35,517 bases of DNA, taken from a virus. Lineage: Duplodnaviria; Caudoviricetes. Shown here one piece after another: positions 25,706-34,138 of this stretch (position 1 is its first letter; each line of letters opens with the position of its first letter). A program made the position numbers and the translations under genes. A model generated the notes under the pieces. The model ran no database searches and was not told the DNA's origin. It saw only the letters and a program-made list of their open reading frames with translations. Location: positions 1 through 35,517 of IMG/VR virus record IMGVR_UViG_3300048080_000033. One strand, written 5' to 3'.

Positions 25706-26986
25706 TTAGAACTCGGTGTCAGGTGGGAGGTCGTCCATCTCACGGGAGTCCTCGCGGATGTCACCGATGTCCACGTCGAACACCAGCCCGCGAGCCTTCG
25801 TATCCCGTGCCCCGCCGCGCTGCTTCAGAAACTTGTAGACCCGCCGCTTCTCGTCGCCAGACGGGTCAGCTGCGAGCGCAACCACGCGGTCGGCGGATTC
25901 CATGACGCCGAACCCGTACCCCGCCTGATACATTCCGGGCAGGCGGGAGGTATCCTTCGCCGCCGCACGGGTCGTCTGGTGCGCCGCGATGACTACCTTC
26001 TGCTCCTGAACAGCCAGCGCCTTGAGTGTGGCGCACCCCTCCATGAGGGCATCCCATCGCTGCCGGTTCCCCGCCGATTTCAGCAGGTGTAGGCCGTCGA
26101 TGAATACCACGTCAATCGGTGCGTGTTCGTTCGCCATATCCCACACGTCCTCGAATGTCAACGGCTTGCCGGTTCCGCTGGAGTCGCGGCCCACGAAGTT
26201 AGCCCTGACCGAAATCTGGTCGAGGAACGACTTGTACTTCTCGCGGTCAACGGTGCCGGTCATCAGCTCCCTGTTGGAAATCGGCCCCGCTCCTATCAGG
26301 TTCGACACGACCGAGTCCAGCCGGAAGTTGAGGTCAATCCACGGCATCTCCGGTGAGATGCACAGCACACGATAGCCCGCCCTGTACGCCGCCGATGCGA
26401 ACAAGCAGCCGAGCCATGACTTGCCCACGGACGTTGACGCCATGACCACGATGAACTCGCCCTTCCGAAATCCCATGCTCGTACTGTCCAGCGAATCGAG
26501 TCCGGTCGGGATACCGGTCAGGCCCGCCGAATCGCCTTTCAATTCGTCTAGCCGCTCCAGCCGGAGTAAGGCGTCAGGCCCATCATAGAACACAGGCGAT
26601 TGGCGAACCGACCGCTGGAGCTGGCCGAGGTGCTGCGCCATCGCCTGAATGGTGCGTTCCGGTTTCGTGTCCAGCTCGGTCAGGTCACGGTAAATCATGG
26701 CCCGCGCCTGCCGCGCCAGCTCGTTCTCCCGCGCCAGTTTGACGTAGGTTTCGAGGTCGCCCACCTCCCCGATGGTACAGCCGGTGACAGCCAGGAAATC
26801 GTCAGCGGTCGGGATGCGTTGCAGCCGCCGCATATGGTCAGCGAGGTACACCCACGCCGCCTTAGTTTCCGGTATCTCGAACGATGCCTCAGTGACGCCC
26901 TCGTTCAACGCCCAGAAGTAGTCATCGGGTGACTGGACGGAGGCCAGTACACGCGGCTCGAGTTCCGCCGCTGTCAGCCTAGCCAT
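25706..26986 (-). CDS. dnaB: Replicative DNA helicase
   Basis: GIPTG...LD, GE....A..SVGKS, S.EM, FIDGL, LK.LA, Q..R, AD, K.R. Confidence 0.9.
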   Translation of the reverse strand: MARLTAAELEPRVLASVQSPDDYFWALNEGVTEASFEIPETKAAWVYLADHMRRLQRIPTADDFLAVTGCTIGEVGDLETYVKLARENELARQARAMIYRDLTELDTKPERTIQAMAQHLGQLQRSVRQSPVFYDGPDALLRLERLDELKGDSAGLTGIPTGLDSLDSTSMGFRKGEFIVVMASTSVGKSWLGCLFASAAYRAGYRVLCISPEMPWIDLNFRLDSVVSNLIGAGPISNRELMTGTVDREKYKSFLDQISVRANFVGRDSSGTGKPLTFEDVWDMANEHAPIDVVFIDGLHLLKSAGNRQRWDALMEGCATLKALAVQEQKVVIAAHQTTRAAAKDTSRLPGMYQAGYGFGVMESADRVVALAADPSGDEKRRVYKFLKQRGGARDTKARGLVFDVDIGDIREDSREMDDLPPDTEF

Positions 26987-27287
26987 TCAGGTCATCCTCC
27001 GTGTCCAAATCGCTCCACGGGTCAGCGCCTACCAGCCGCTTGTAGCCGTAGATGATGGCCGATACAAGGTCGTCCGCGAAGAACTCCACCTTGCCGTTGA
27101 CCACCACGGTCACCCGTTCTATCTGCATCCGTCCGCCCACCATGCCGGGCCGAACTCCGCCCGTGAACATGATGTCCAGTGACCCGTCCACCATCAGCCG
27201 CTCGCCAGTTTGCGGCAGATAGACCTCCCTGTCCAGGGTCGGTGCTGGTGCCGCCTTGCGCCTATCCGCCTTCGCCGTCTTTGCCAT
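26979..27287 (-). CDS. Hypothetical protein
   Basis: AGGAGG SD before ATG at 27287. Confidence 0.65.
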   Translation of the reverse strand: MAKTAKADRRKAAPAPTLDREVYLPQTGERLMVDGSLDIMFTGGVRPGMVGGRMQIERVTVVVNGKVEFFADDLVSAIIYGYKRLVGADPWSDLDTEDDLNG

Positions 27288-27774
27288 AGCTGTCCTCCTT
27301 GAACCAATTGACCGCCCACAGGTCGGGTCGGTCCTCGACCAACGCTGCAACCGTGCGGAGGTTTGTCAGTAACTTTCGCTGTTCGTCTTTCCCTTCAACG
27401 TCACCATCGAACACCCGCCGCAGCCACCAGACATAGTACCTGATTCCAGCGGGGGAGACCTTGCGGGTCATCCACACCAGCCGCCACAGCCACTCCGGTC
27501 GCCGCCCGTAGGCCCGCAGGAACCATCCGAGGTGTCGCGTCGTCAACAGGTGTTCCGGCTCCCAACCCACAGCAAAGAACGCGTCAATGGCGCAGGCCAG
27601 CGCCCACGGTTGAACATCGTGCAGCCCCTCCGCCTGAATGTTCTTGACGCGCCGCCCCATGACGGAAGCAGTCATCTTGTCAGGTCGGGGGTAACCCTCA
27701 CGGGCCAACGCCTCGAACACGTAGGCTTGCCAGTCCCCCGGTTTCGTTCGGAACGCGGGCGGTAGTTTGTCCAT
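27262..27774 (-). CDS. Hypothetical protein (leaderless), first gene of replication operon
   Basis: ATG 6 nt after TAGGAT. Confidence 0.65.
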   Translation of the reverse strand: MDKLPPAFRTKPGDWQAYVFEALAREGYPRPDKMTASVMGRRVKNIQAEGLHDVQPWALACAIDAFFAVGWEPEHLLTTRHLGWFLRAYGRRPEWLWRLVWMTRKVSPAGIRYYVWWLRRVFDGDVEGKDEQRKLLTNLRTVAALVEDRPDLWAVNWFKEDSYGKDGEGG

Positions 27775-27792
27775 GCTTCTATCCTACCCGGA

Positions 27793-27846
27793 ATCCCGCC
27801 ATTATTGCGGGATTTTGGCGGGATGCTTGCGGGATGCTTGCGGGAT
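27793..27846. repeat. GCGGGAT x4 at 11-bp period plus one inverted copy
   Basis: Copies at 27807, 27818, 27829, 27840; ATCCCGC at 27793. Confidence 0.85.
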
Positions 27847-27870
27847 TCACCGTGCGTTCACTTGTAACGG

Positions 27871-27898
27871 TTGACAGTCTGAACACGTCTGTTATGAT
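27871..27898 (+). promoter_or_regulatory. Sigma70-type promoter TTGACA-N16-TATGAT with extended -10 TG
   Basis: Directly upstream of the only plus-strand gene cluster. Confidence 0.7.
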
Positions 27899-27916
27899 GT
27901 AGTAGGAAAGGATAGG

Positions 27917-28105
27917 TTGACAGTGAACAGAACCGACACCACGAAAGACGCGGCCTTCTGGGCCATCGTCAATCGTGACCGCGACATCGCCGCTTGGAAC
28001 GAACGGCCCCGCGTGTACGTTCCGATTTACGACGACCGCCGTGACGATGACACCAACAGCGACCGTGGGGTTGTTGTGGTGAATCCCGTCACACTGGAGA
28101 TGTAG
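27917..28105 (+). CDS. Small hypothetical protein
   Basis: GGAAAGGA SD after promoter. Confidence 0.6.
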   Translation: MTVNRTDTTKDAAFWAIVNRDRDIAAWNERPRVYVPIYDDRRDDDTNSDRGVVVVNPVTLEM

Positions 28106-28107
28106 GA

Positions 28108-28338
28108 ATGAACACCAGTACAGGATACCAGAATAGCAACAGTACACAGGGGTCACGGGTGCGTTCGTCTTGCGCCATCATGGGTGCAGGCGACGAACGC
28201 GTGGTCACCGTGGGTGTGGATTGCCCGCGCTGTGGGAAATCCCGCGAACGATTCGGGCCAGGCCCTCACGGTGCCGCCGCCGCAACCTCGTTCAGGGTCA
28301 TGGTGGAACAGAAGCACACTGGACACACAATCCGATGA
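28108..28338 (+). CDS. Small Cys/His protein
   Basis: CPRCG...H..H; coupled to neighbours. Confidence 0.55.
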   Translation: MNTSTGYQNSNSTQGSRVRSSCAIMGAGDERVVTVGVDCPRCGKSRERFGPGPHGAAAATSFRVMVEQKHTGHTIR

Positions 28339-28616
28339 GCGCGCCAATCAGAAACATCGACACCTGTGACGAGTGCGGTAAGGGTTTGCCCTATCGCATC
28401 TACGCTACCGATTGGATGTTCGAGGCCGAACCCCTGTACCCGTGCGACGCCTGTGGCCGTGCAACGTGTGGGGGATTCCATACCGAGGTTGGCCCGTGGA
28501 CACGCGATGGTGAAGGTGGGGGATGGCCTGCCGCCGTGGAGTGCCCCGCTTGCCGCGAGGGTGCCGCTTATGTGGCGACCGTTCGCGGGGAATATGCGAG
28601 GTCAAGGGGTGTATAA
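28335..28616 (+). CDS. Cys-rich Zn-finger protein
   Basis: CDEC, CDAC..C..H, CPAC; ATGA overlap. Confidence 0.6.
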   Translation: MSAPIRNIDTCDECGKGLPYRIYATDWMFEAEPLYPCDACGRATCGGFHTEVGPWTRDGEGGGWPAAVECPACREGAAYVATVRGEYARSRGV

Positions 28617-28623
28617 CGAAATC

Positions 28624-29109
28624 GTGTCAATGCCGCGACGCCGTTCGGATGGTGGATTCAACCGACTCACGGCCCGCGTTCCGCTGTCATTAGTGGACAC
28701 GTCACGCCGCGTCAGCAAGGAGAAGGCGAAGCGCTACTCGTACCTGTTGATGTATGGTGCCGCGTTCCCTCCCGTCAAGCTGTTTTGGTGCGCCGCCTGT
28801 CCAGGCAAAACCCTGGCCGGAGGCAAACGCCGCCCCGCCCACGATTCAGGGATGTTCCATATCAGCGACGGCGGTCATCGTACCGCTGCCCATCGGCGGA
28901 TTGGTGCCGCCTACATCCCTGCACGGTTCAGTATCCGTGCGGTTCCTGATTCCGCTTGCCTTGTGCCAGTAACCGATGATTTCACAGCCGGGCCGAGGGC
29001 AAGTGAGGAATCCCCGCCTGACGGCAGGGATTGGACTTCACGAGCCGGTACATCGGGTTTCGTTCAGAACCGCTACTTCACACCTACCAGCTTGTTACCA
29101 GGCCGATGA
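28624..29109 (+). CDS. ParB/Srx N-terminal-like domain protein
   Basis: FPPV.L...ISDG.HR.AA....G...IPA; tail after ~28940 probably read-through. Confidence 0.65.
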   Translation: MSMPRRRSDGGFNRLTARVPLSLVDTSRRVSKEKAKRYSYLLMYGAAFPPVKLFWCAACPGKTLAGGKRRPAHDSGMFHISDGGHRTAAHRRIGAAYIPARFSIRAVPDSACLVPVTDDFTAGPRASEESPPDGRDWTSRAGTSGFVQNRYFTPTSLLPGR

Positions 29110-29313
29110 CGAGCAAGGCGTTCCGTGTTCGCCCGCCACTCGGTGTTTTTCACAACGCGGTCACTAGGCGCACTCAACACCTAGCGCTTCAACCGTTCCC
29201 TCTACCCGCCGTCCCGGGGCTACCGTCCGGTCAGGGTTAGATGCAGGTATGTCGGGCGGGGTCAGAAGGGAACAGCACTACTAACAAGTGACCGGCCCCG
29301 CCGTCTGGAAGTC
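29004..29313 (-). ncRNA. Candidate closed multi-stem RNA downstream of ASCH gene
   Basis: End-to-end pairing 29308-13/29034-39 and 29291-98/29042-49; internal stems; 3' hairpin 29009-29032; G-U pairs favour the minus strand. Confidence 0.6.
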
Positions 29314-29716
29314 AGGCGATAAGCCGCCCCTGTGACGCATCCGCGTCGGCCAGTATTTCTATCAGACGGAATCGAACGACCCACACGTCAACGGGATTCG
29401 TAAGCCAATCGTTCCACACGTCTACAGGTTTGCGCCCGCCGATACTGGCGTCGGGGTAGTTGTCCTCGAGGTAAGCAAACCCCTCGCCCATCCAGTCAGC
29501 CGGTGTTAGCCGCGCTGTGGATTCGTACTTCGGTGCCGCCGTCAGCTCGATGATGGCGACCGGCTTCCCGCCGTAGCGCCTATCCTTGTCCAGCGCCGTC
29601 AGACGTTCGCCGCGCCGGAACCCGACAGCATAGCCGTCCTTCCAGTTGCGCCGCGTTACGTTCTTGACTCCGGCCAGCACAGCCGGTGTCGTCCAGGCGA
29701 ATGAAATCTCTCGCAC
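29312..29716 (-). CDS. ASCH/PUA-like domain protein (leaderless)
   Basis: ISF.....VLAG.K..TRR.W, EGF, VWVVRF. Confidence 0.8.
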   Translation of the reverse strand: MREISFAWTTPAVLAGVKNVTRRNWKDGYAVGFRRGERLTALDKDRRYGGKPVAIIELTAAPKYESTARLTPADWMGEGFAYLEDNYPDASIGGRKPVDVWNDWLTNPVDVWVVRFRLIEILADADASQGRLIA

Positions 29717-29818
29717 GTCCCTATTATACCCGGCGCGTCACAGGCGGGCTTCCCGCGTCACCATGCGGGGGGATACAGGCCCACGGGGTAGACCCCACGC
29801 CAGCAGCGCCCCAGCGCG

Positions 29819-30106
29819 TCAGGATACTTGCTTGGCTAGTAGTCGGACCAGGACGTTCAGGCCAGCCGCGCCGAACGAACGAACCGCCGCGCCGACAACC
29901 ATGAGGCCGTAGACGTAGGGGTCAGTCAGGACAGCTTGCGGGTCGAAGTCCACGGCCAGCTCGAACGCGAGGATGCCAACAGCGGTCGCGCCTGCGAACG
30001 CTGCCTCAGCAAACGGCTTGAACGTGTACTTCTCGATGGTCACGACGGCTCCCGTTACAGGAACCGTGACCGTGGCCTCGGTCGGGGTTGGGGTCATGTC
30101 TGACAT
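29819..30106 (-). CDS. Putative holin
   Basis: Two TM helices, directly downstream of endolysin; AAGGAG SD. Confidence 0.6.
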   Translation of the reverse strand: MSDMTPTPTEATVTVPVTGAVVTIEKYTFKPFAEAAFAGATAVGILAFELAVDFDPQAVLTDPYVYGLMVVGAAVRSFGAAGLNVLVRLLAKQVS

Positions 30107-30122
30107 AACAGACTCCTTTCGG

Positions 30123-31088
30123 TTACGGGATGCGAAGGTTTTGGCCAGGGTAGATGACGTAGGGAGCGGCAATGCCGTTCAACCGTGCAATCTCCGGCCA
30201 GCGCGACGCATCGTTCAGCGTCTTCTGAGCAATGAGACTCAAACTGTCTCCAGAGACAACGGTGTACGTCCGCGTTGCCGGTGCCGGTGCAGGCGCGGGC
30301 GGGGTCGCTACGTTGTGCGGTGACGCGATATGCGCGTTGACCGTTCCGGCCAGGCCGTTGATGCGGTTGAGCAGGTCATCGTATTCAGCAGTCACGAGGT
30401 CATGTCCTCCTTCGGGGGTTGGTGGGGTCACGGGTGCAAGGTGCATCCGCCCATAGTCAAAGACGTTTCGGTCGGTGCCGACGCCACAGGTCGGCGTGGT
30501 TCCTGCGTATTGTAGCATGGCCCGTGAGGACCATCCGCCAAACGCCATCCACTTCCAGTCCAGGTCGGGGGGTGCGTCAGGTGCGCTGCCGCTGTTCAAG
30601 ACGTACCGCGCTTCCAGCAGGGGGTCTTCACCCGCGAAGGGGTAGACCACGTCGGCGCTGCCGAAGGCCCGCCTGTAGTACTCACGGCTTGTGTAGATGG
30701 GGGTCAGGATTCCGCCCGTCTGGTTTTTGATGTTCATGCGGAGGTTCACCAGCCGCTCCATGCGTAGCGGGGATGACGGCTCGATGTCAGGCGCAACGAA
30801 CGAAAGAACCCCACGTTCCGGCCCCGCCGCGTCCAACGCCACTTGGCACAGGATGGCGGTCTCGTCAGTAGTGTCGGGATACAGAACGATGTAGCCGCCC
30901 GTCAGCATACCGGCCAGCCGGATTTGCTCGAGCTGGTAGGCCGCGTCATGGTTCGGCCCGTTGCCCTGTGGCGTGGAACCCCATAGCTGAACCCAACCGA
31001 GCTTATAGCCCGCCGCCGCCATACACTGAAAGTAGGAGGGAGCCGGGCGCTTCTGCCAGCCGCTTATGTCGAACGCTAGGTCTGCCAT
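30123..31088 (-). CDS. Endolysin, GH25-like muramidase + LysM
   Basis: DISGWQ, DIE, IYT, QY, D.N; YTVVSGDSLSLIA...IYPGQNLRIP. Confidence 0.88.
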   Translation of the reverse strand: MADLAFDISGWQKRPAPSYFQCMAAAGYKLGWVQLWGSTPQGNGPNHDAAYQLEQIRLAGMLTGGYIVLYPDTTDETAILCQVALDAAGPERGVLSFVAPDIEPSSPLRMERLVNLRMNIKNQTGGILTPIYTSREYYRRAFGSADVVYPFAGEDPLLEARYVLNSGSAPDAPPDLDWKWMAFGGWSSRAMLQYAGTTPTCGVGTDRNVFDYGRMHLAPVTPPTPEGGHDLVTAEYDDLLNRINGLAGTVNAHIASPHNVATPPAPAPAPATRTYTVVSGDSLSLIAQKTLNDASRWPEIARLNGIAAPYVIYPGQNLRIP

Positions 31089-31249
31089 GTGAAGAGTCCC
31101 TCCGCCTTGTAGTCGCGCTGCATCTGAATCTTGACGCCGCCGTTGTTGAAGCTACACCGGCCACAGTAGACCGGCCCGGGCGTAATCTGTTCCTGTGGAA
31201 TCGCCCGCGTCAGCTTGCAGACCGGGCAGTACAGAATCAGGTCAGCCAC
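31076..31249 (-). CDS. Small Zn-ribbon protein (57 aa)
   Basis: Translated by hand: YCPVC...YCGRC. Confidence 0.6.
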   Translation of the reverse strand: MADLILYCPVCKLTRAIPQEQITPGPVYCGRCSFNNGGVKIQMQRDYKAEGLFTWQT

Positions 31250-31584
31250 TAAACGACGTACTGTTCTCCGAGGACGGTGATGGTCAGGGTCAGCGTGGTT
31301 GCCGCGCCGCCCACCAGGAAGTCCGTGCTCAGCATCTTCATGTTCGTGTACCAGTCGAACACCAGTTTCGCGCCCACGGGGTAATCGAAGAACAGCTCTG
31401 TACCCGCCGCGTTCGCGCCGGTCGCGCCGAGGTACAGCCGGAACGTGTCAGCCGCGAGCTTGTTGGCGACGTGGATGTGCTTCACGACGCTGAATAGCAG
31501 CGCCGAACCATCGTTGAAGATGTTGGTGGTCATGGTCGTGGTCAGTGCCACCGGCCCCACCAGTTTCTTTATCGTGCCAGCCAT
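31249..31584 (-). CDS. Small beta-rich virion/tail protein
   Basis: Resembles 33797-34120; in tail module. Confidence 0.6.
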   Translation of the reverse strand: MAGTIKKLVGPVALTTTMTTNIFNDGSALLFSVVKHIHVANKLAADTFRLYLGATGANAAGTELFFDYPVGAKLVFDWYTNMKMLSTDFLVGGAATTLTLTITVLGEQYVV

Positions 31585-31619
31585 GTTGTCTTAGTCCCTC
31601 CGTACTCTGCGGAACGGCC

Positions 31620-31997
31620 CTAAACCGGGCTTGGTTCCGTTGGCGGATTTGCCGCCGCCGTTGGTTGTTCCGCTGGGTCCACGATACCATTTGCTGCCTG
31701 GTCAGGCAATGCCGCAGCATCGTCCCAGTGTTCGCCCGTTTGCATCGCGCCGATGAGCGCGTAGACCGCCGCCGATAGGAACCCACGCGGCCCCTCGGTT
31801 CGCAGCGCCACATCAGTCGCTTCCACCAGCAGGATGTAGGAACCCTCGCGCCCGAAACGGATACCGCCCTTTCGCGCACGTTGGTCAACCACCAGCCGCG
31901 CAACCTGGTTGAGGTACGCGGTCAGTCTGTCCTCGAACGTGAGCATCACGGGCGGGGTCAGTGCCGGTGCCGGTTCTGTCTTTGGTTTCCGTGCCAT
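31620..31997 (-). CDS. Hypothetical protein
   Basis: AGGAGG SD. Confidence 0.65.
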   Translation of the reverse strand: MARKPKTEPAPALTPPVMLTFEDRLTAYLNQVARLVVDQRARKGGIRFGREGSYILLVEATDVALRTEGPRGFLSAAVYALIGAMQTGEHWDDAAALPDQAANGIVDPAEQPTAAANPPTEPSPV

Positions 31998-32007
31998 GTT
32001 GCCCTCC

Positions 32008-32583
32008 TTAGATTTTCAGCATTATCTTCGGTACGCCGGTTGAATTGGCGAGCGCCCCGCCGCCTGTGAACGTGCTAGGCAAGGCCGCGTAGGTGAACGC
32101 GACGCTCCAATAGTGCTGATGATTCGTCACGCCGACCGCCGTTTGCCCGAGGTAGTTGTAGGCGTCGGTGCCGCCGCGAATCGAGAAGCCGCTGGAATTA
32201 GTGACCAGCGCGAGCCAGTACCAGTCAGCGGTCAGCTCTTGACTGATGGCGATTTCCTTACCGCCCGTGGTGCCCACGTTGACGGTGCCCGCGTCCAGTA
32301 CCAACGCGTCAGGCTCGCACCCGTTCAGCTTGTTCCGGTAGATGCCTAGCCGGGCATCGTTCGGTGCCGACAGGTCAGCCGTGGTGACATGGATGGCGAT
32401 AGCCGTGTACGTGTTCTTTTTCATCACGCAGAACGGGGTCGCGTACAGAATGTCCGTCGCCGCCGCGAACCCGTTGACGCCATCACCGACCGCGTGTTGA
32501 CTGAAGTAGTATCGGCCCGTGACGTGCGGGGGATATGGCCACGGCCAGCCGCCTTGTCGGGTCACTTCGTGGCTTAGCTTCAT
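32008..32583 (-). CDS. Tail/receptor-binding beta-sandwich protein (paralog 3)
   Basis: LY..P, RLGIY, P..L..DAGTV, WYWLAL. Confidence 0.6.
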   Translation of the reverse strand: MKLSHEVTRQGGWPWPYPPHVTGRYYFSQHAVGDGVNGFAAATDILYATPFCVMKKNTYTAIAIHVTTADLSAPNDARLGIYRNKLNGCEPDALVLDAGTVNVGTTGGKEIAISQELTADWYWLALVTNSSGFSIRGGTDAYNYLGQTAVGVTNHQHYWSVAFTYAALPSTFTGGGALANSTGVPKIMLKI

Positions 32584-33200
32584 CGGAACTCGTAGCGCCC
32601 CATCTGGAGGAACACTCGCGGTACTTCATCCCCGAACAAGACGCCGCCTCCCGTGAACGTGGCCGGTAGCGCCGCGTAGGTGAAGTCCACGCGGATGCCC
32701 GGATACTGTAGCGTGTCGATGTTAGTGGTGACCCCGTTCCAATTGGCCCCGCCTGTCGCGCCGCCGCCTGCGAACCCTTCCGCCGTCACGGTTGGTGTAT
32801 CGTTGAACACCAGCGCCCCCCAATAGATGCCATAAGGCAGCACTAGGTCAATCGTCTGGAACTTCAACTCCGCCGTGTTCGTGTTCGTGATTTCCGTCTC
32901 TACGAACAGCCGCCGGTCAGGGTAGCCATTCAGGTCGGTGTATAAGCCCATCCGCATATCGTTTAGGCCCGCCGAACCGGTCTCAACCCTCATCATCATC
33001 CGACTTACGTGTATTGTGTCTCGTACCATAATCGGAACCGCGTACAGCTTGTCCGCAACCACAACTAGGTTCGCTATTCCGCCGTGCCCCGCCGCCGCAA
33101 TCAACAGGCCGTCCGTGCTGCCCGATAGGAACATAGACCGCCGCGTGTCCAGGTACATCCGAGGCGTGGTGTTCAGGTTCGGGGTGATGTCAACGCCCAT
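32580..33200 (-). CDS. Tail/receptor-binding beta-sandwich protein (paralog 2)
   Basis: LYAVP, RMGLY.D..G.P, G.YW.AL, FTYAALP.TFTGGG. Confidence 0.6.
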   Translation of the reverse strand: MGVDITPNLNTTPRMYLDTRRSMFLSGSTDGLLIAAAGHGGIANLVVVADKLYAVPIMVRDTIHVSRMMMRVETGSAGLNDMRMGLYTDLNGYPDRRLFVETEITNTNTAELKFQTIDLVLPYGIYWGALVFNDTPTVTAEGFAGGGATGGANWNGVTTNIDTLQYPGIRVDFTYAALPATFTGGGVLFGDEVPRVFLQMGRYEFR

Positions 33201-33797
33201 CTAAATCTCCAGGTACACCCACGGAACAGTGACGTGCGATGGTCGGCCCGTCGTCGGAAACTGACCCGGCAGTCCCGCCGCCACGTAACGCGGCCCGAGC
33301 GTTGCGCCGGGCGATGCGATAACGCCAAGCGGATTGTTGCCCGTCCCTAGCTCATCCGTCCTTGACATCAGCGCGAAGTGTGCGCCGGACGCATAGGCGC
33401 GAATGGTGCCGGTGCCGCCGTTCGCCTGAAGCGCGAGCCAGTACCAGCCCTGATGTAGAAACTGTGAGATGGATTTGTTCAGGAACACCGGAGGTGAGGC
33501 CGTGTCCAGCGCCACGGTTCCCGCGTCCAGCAACAGGTCGCCGGGCCGCCCGCCGTTGTCGTGGTAGATGCCTAGCCGCGCCAGCAATGCCGAACCCGCA
33601 GCCGTCACTTCCTCGATACCGATGACGGTTGCGGTCACGCCCGCCTGATTTGGAACGTACACCGGAACCGAATACAGCGTGGAGTTGATGTTGGTCAGCG
33701 TGGAGTGGGTGCCGACAGACTGTTGCCCGTACTTACGCCCTGTTGTCCACGGGGGAACCCATGTAATCGGAAAGGCCGACCGAACCCGCTGTGTCAT
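33201..33797 (-). CDS. Tail/receptor-binding beta-sandwich protein (paralog 1)
   Basis: LYSVP, RLGIY.D..G.P..LL.DAGTV, GWYWLAL. Confidence 0.6.
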   Translation of the reverse strand: MTQRVRSAFPITWVPPWTTGRKYGQQSVGTHSTLTNINSTLYSVPVYVPNQAGVTATVIGIEEVTAAGSALLARLGIYHDNGGRPGDLLLDAGTVALDTASPPVFLNKSISQFLHQGWYWLALQANGGTGTIRAYASGAHFALMSRTDELGTGNNPLGVIASPGATLGPRYVAAGLPGQFPTTGRPSHVTVPWVYLEI

Positions 33798-34120
33798 TAG
33801 GCGTCCGATTCCACTACGGTTCCGGTAGCGTCAACGCCGGTCGCGGAAGCGATAGCCTTGATAATCTCCGCGCCGTCATCCACTGTCCACGCGCCGGTCA
33901 GGGTCACGGTTCCCTTCGCCGGAATCACCTCGTCGTCAAGAATGAACACGTCGGTTGCCATGTCAATGAACACGTCAACGGTGATGTCCGCGTTCGTGGT
34001 GTTGACCAAGTGCAGGCAAATGAGCGTGCCCCGCTCCTTCGTTCCGTCAATGAACGGGTCGTACAGGTTCGTGTTTGTTGTCAGAATCGCCGCCGCGATT
34101 GGTTGCATAACTGAAGCCAT
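33797..34120 (-). CDS. Small beta-rich virion/tail protein
   Basis: T.LY, .HLVNT, IPA..T pattern common in phage tail modules. Confidence 0.6.
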   Translation of the reverse strand: MASVMQPIAAAILTTNTNLYDPFIDGTKERGTLICLHLVNTTNADITVDVFIDMATDVFILDDEVIPAKGTVTLTGAWTVDDGAEIIKAIASATGVDATGTVVESDA

Positions 34121-34138
34121 AGCGTTAGTTTACCCCAC

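Noticed and set aside
448-27765. Numerous plus-strand and alternative-frame ORFs in the ORF track
   Set aside because: Shadow ORFs of a GC-rich, densely packed minus-strand gene array, with no motifs or SD sequences.
27793-27846. Repeat array as a mini-CRISPR or guide array
   Set aside because: The 11-bp unit is too short and has no unique spacers.
29004-29040. Hairpin resembling an IS200/IS605 right end (omega-RNA 3' end, ends TCAC)
   Set aside because: No tnpA/tnpB/iscB in the window and no matching left end; kept only as an alternative explanation for the RNA.
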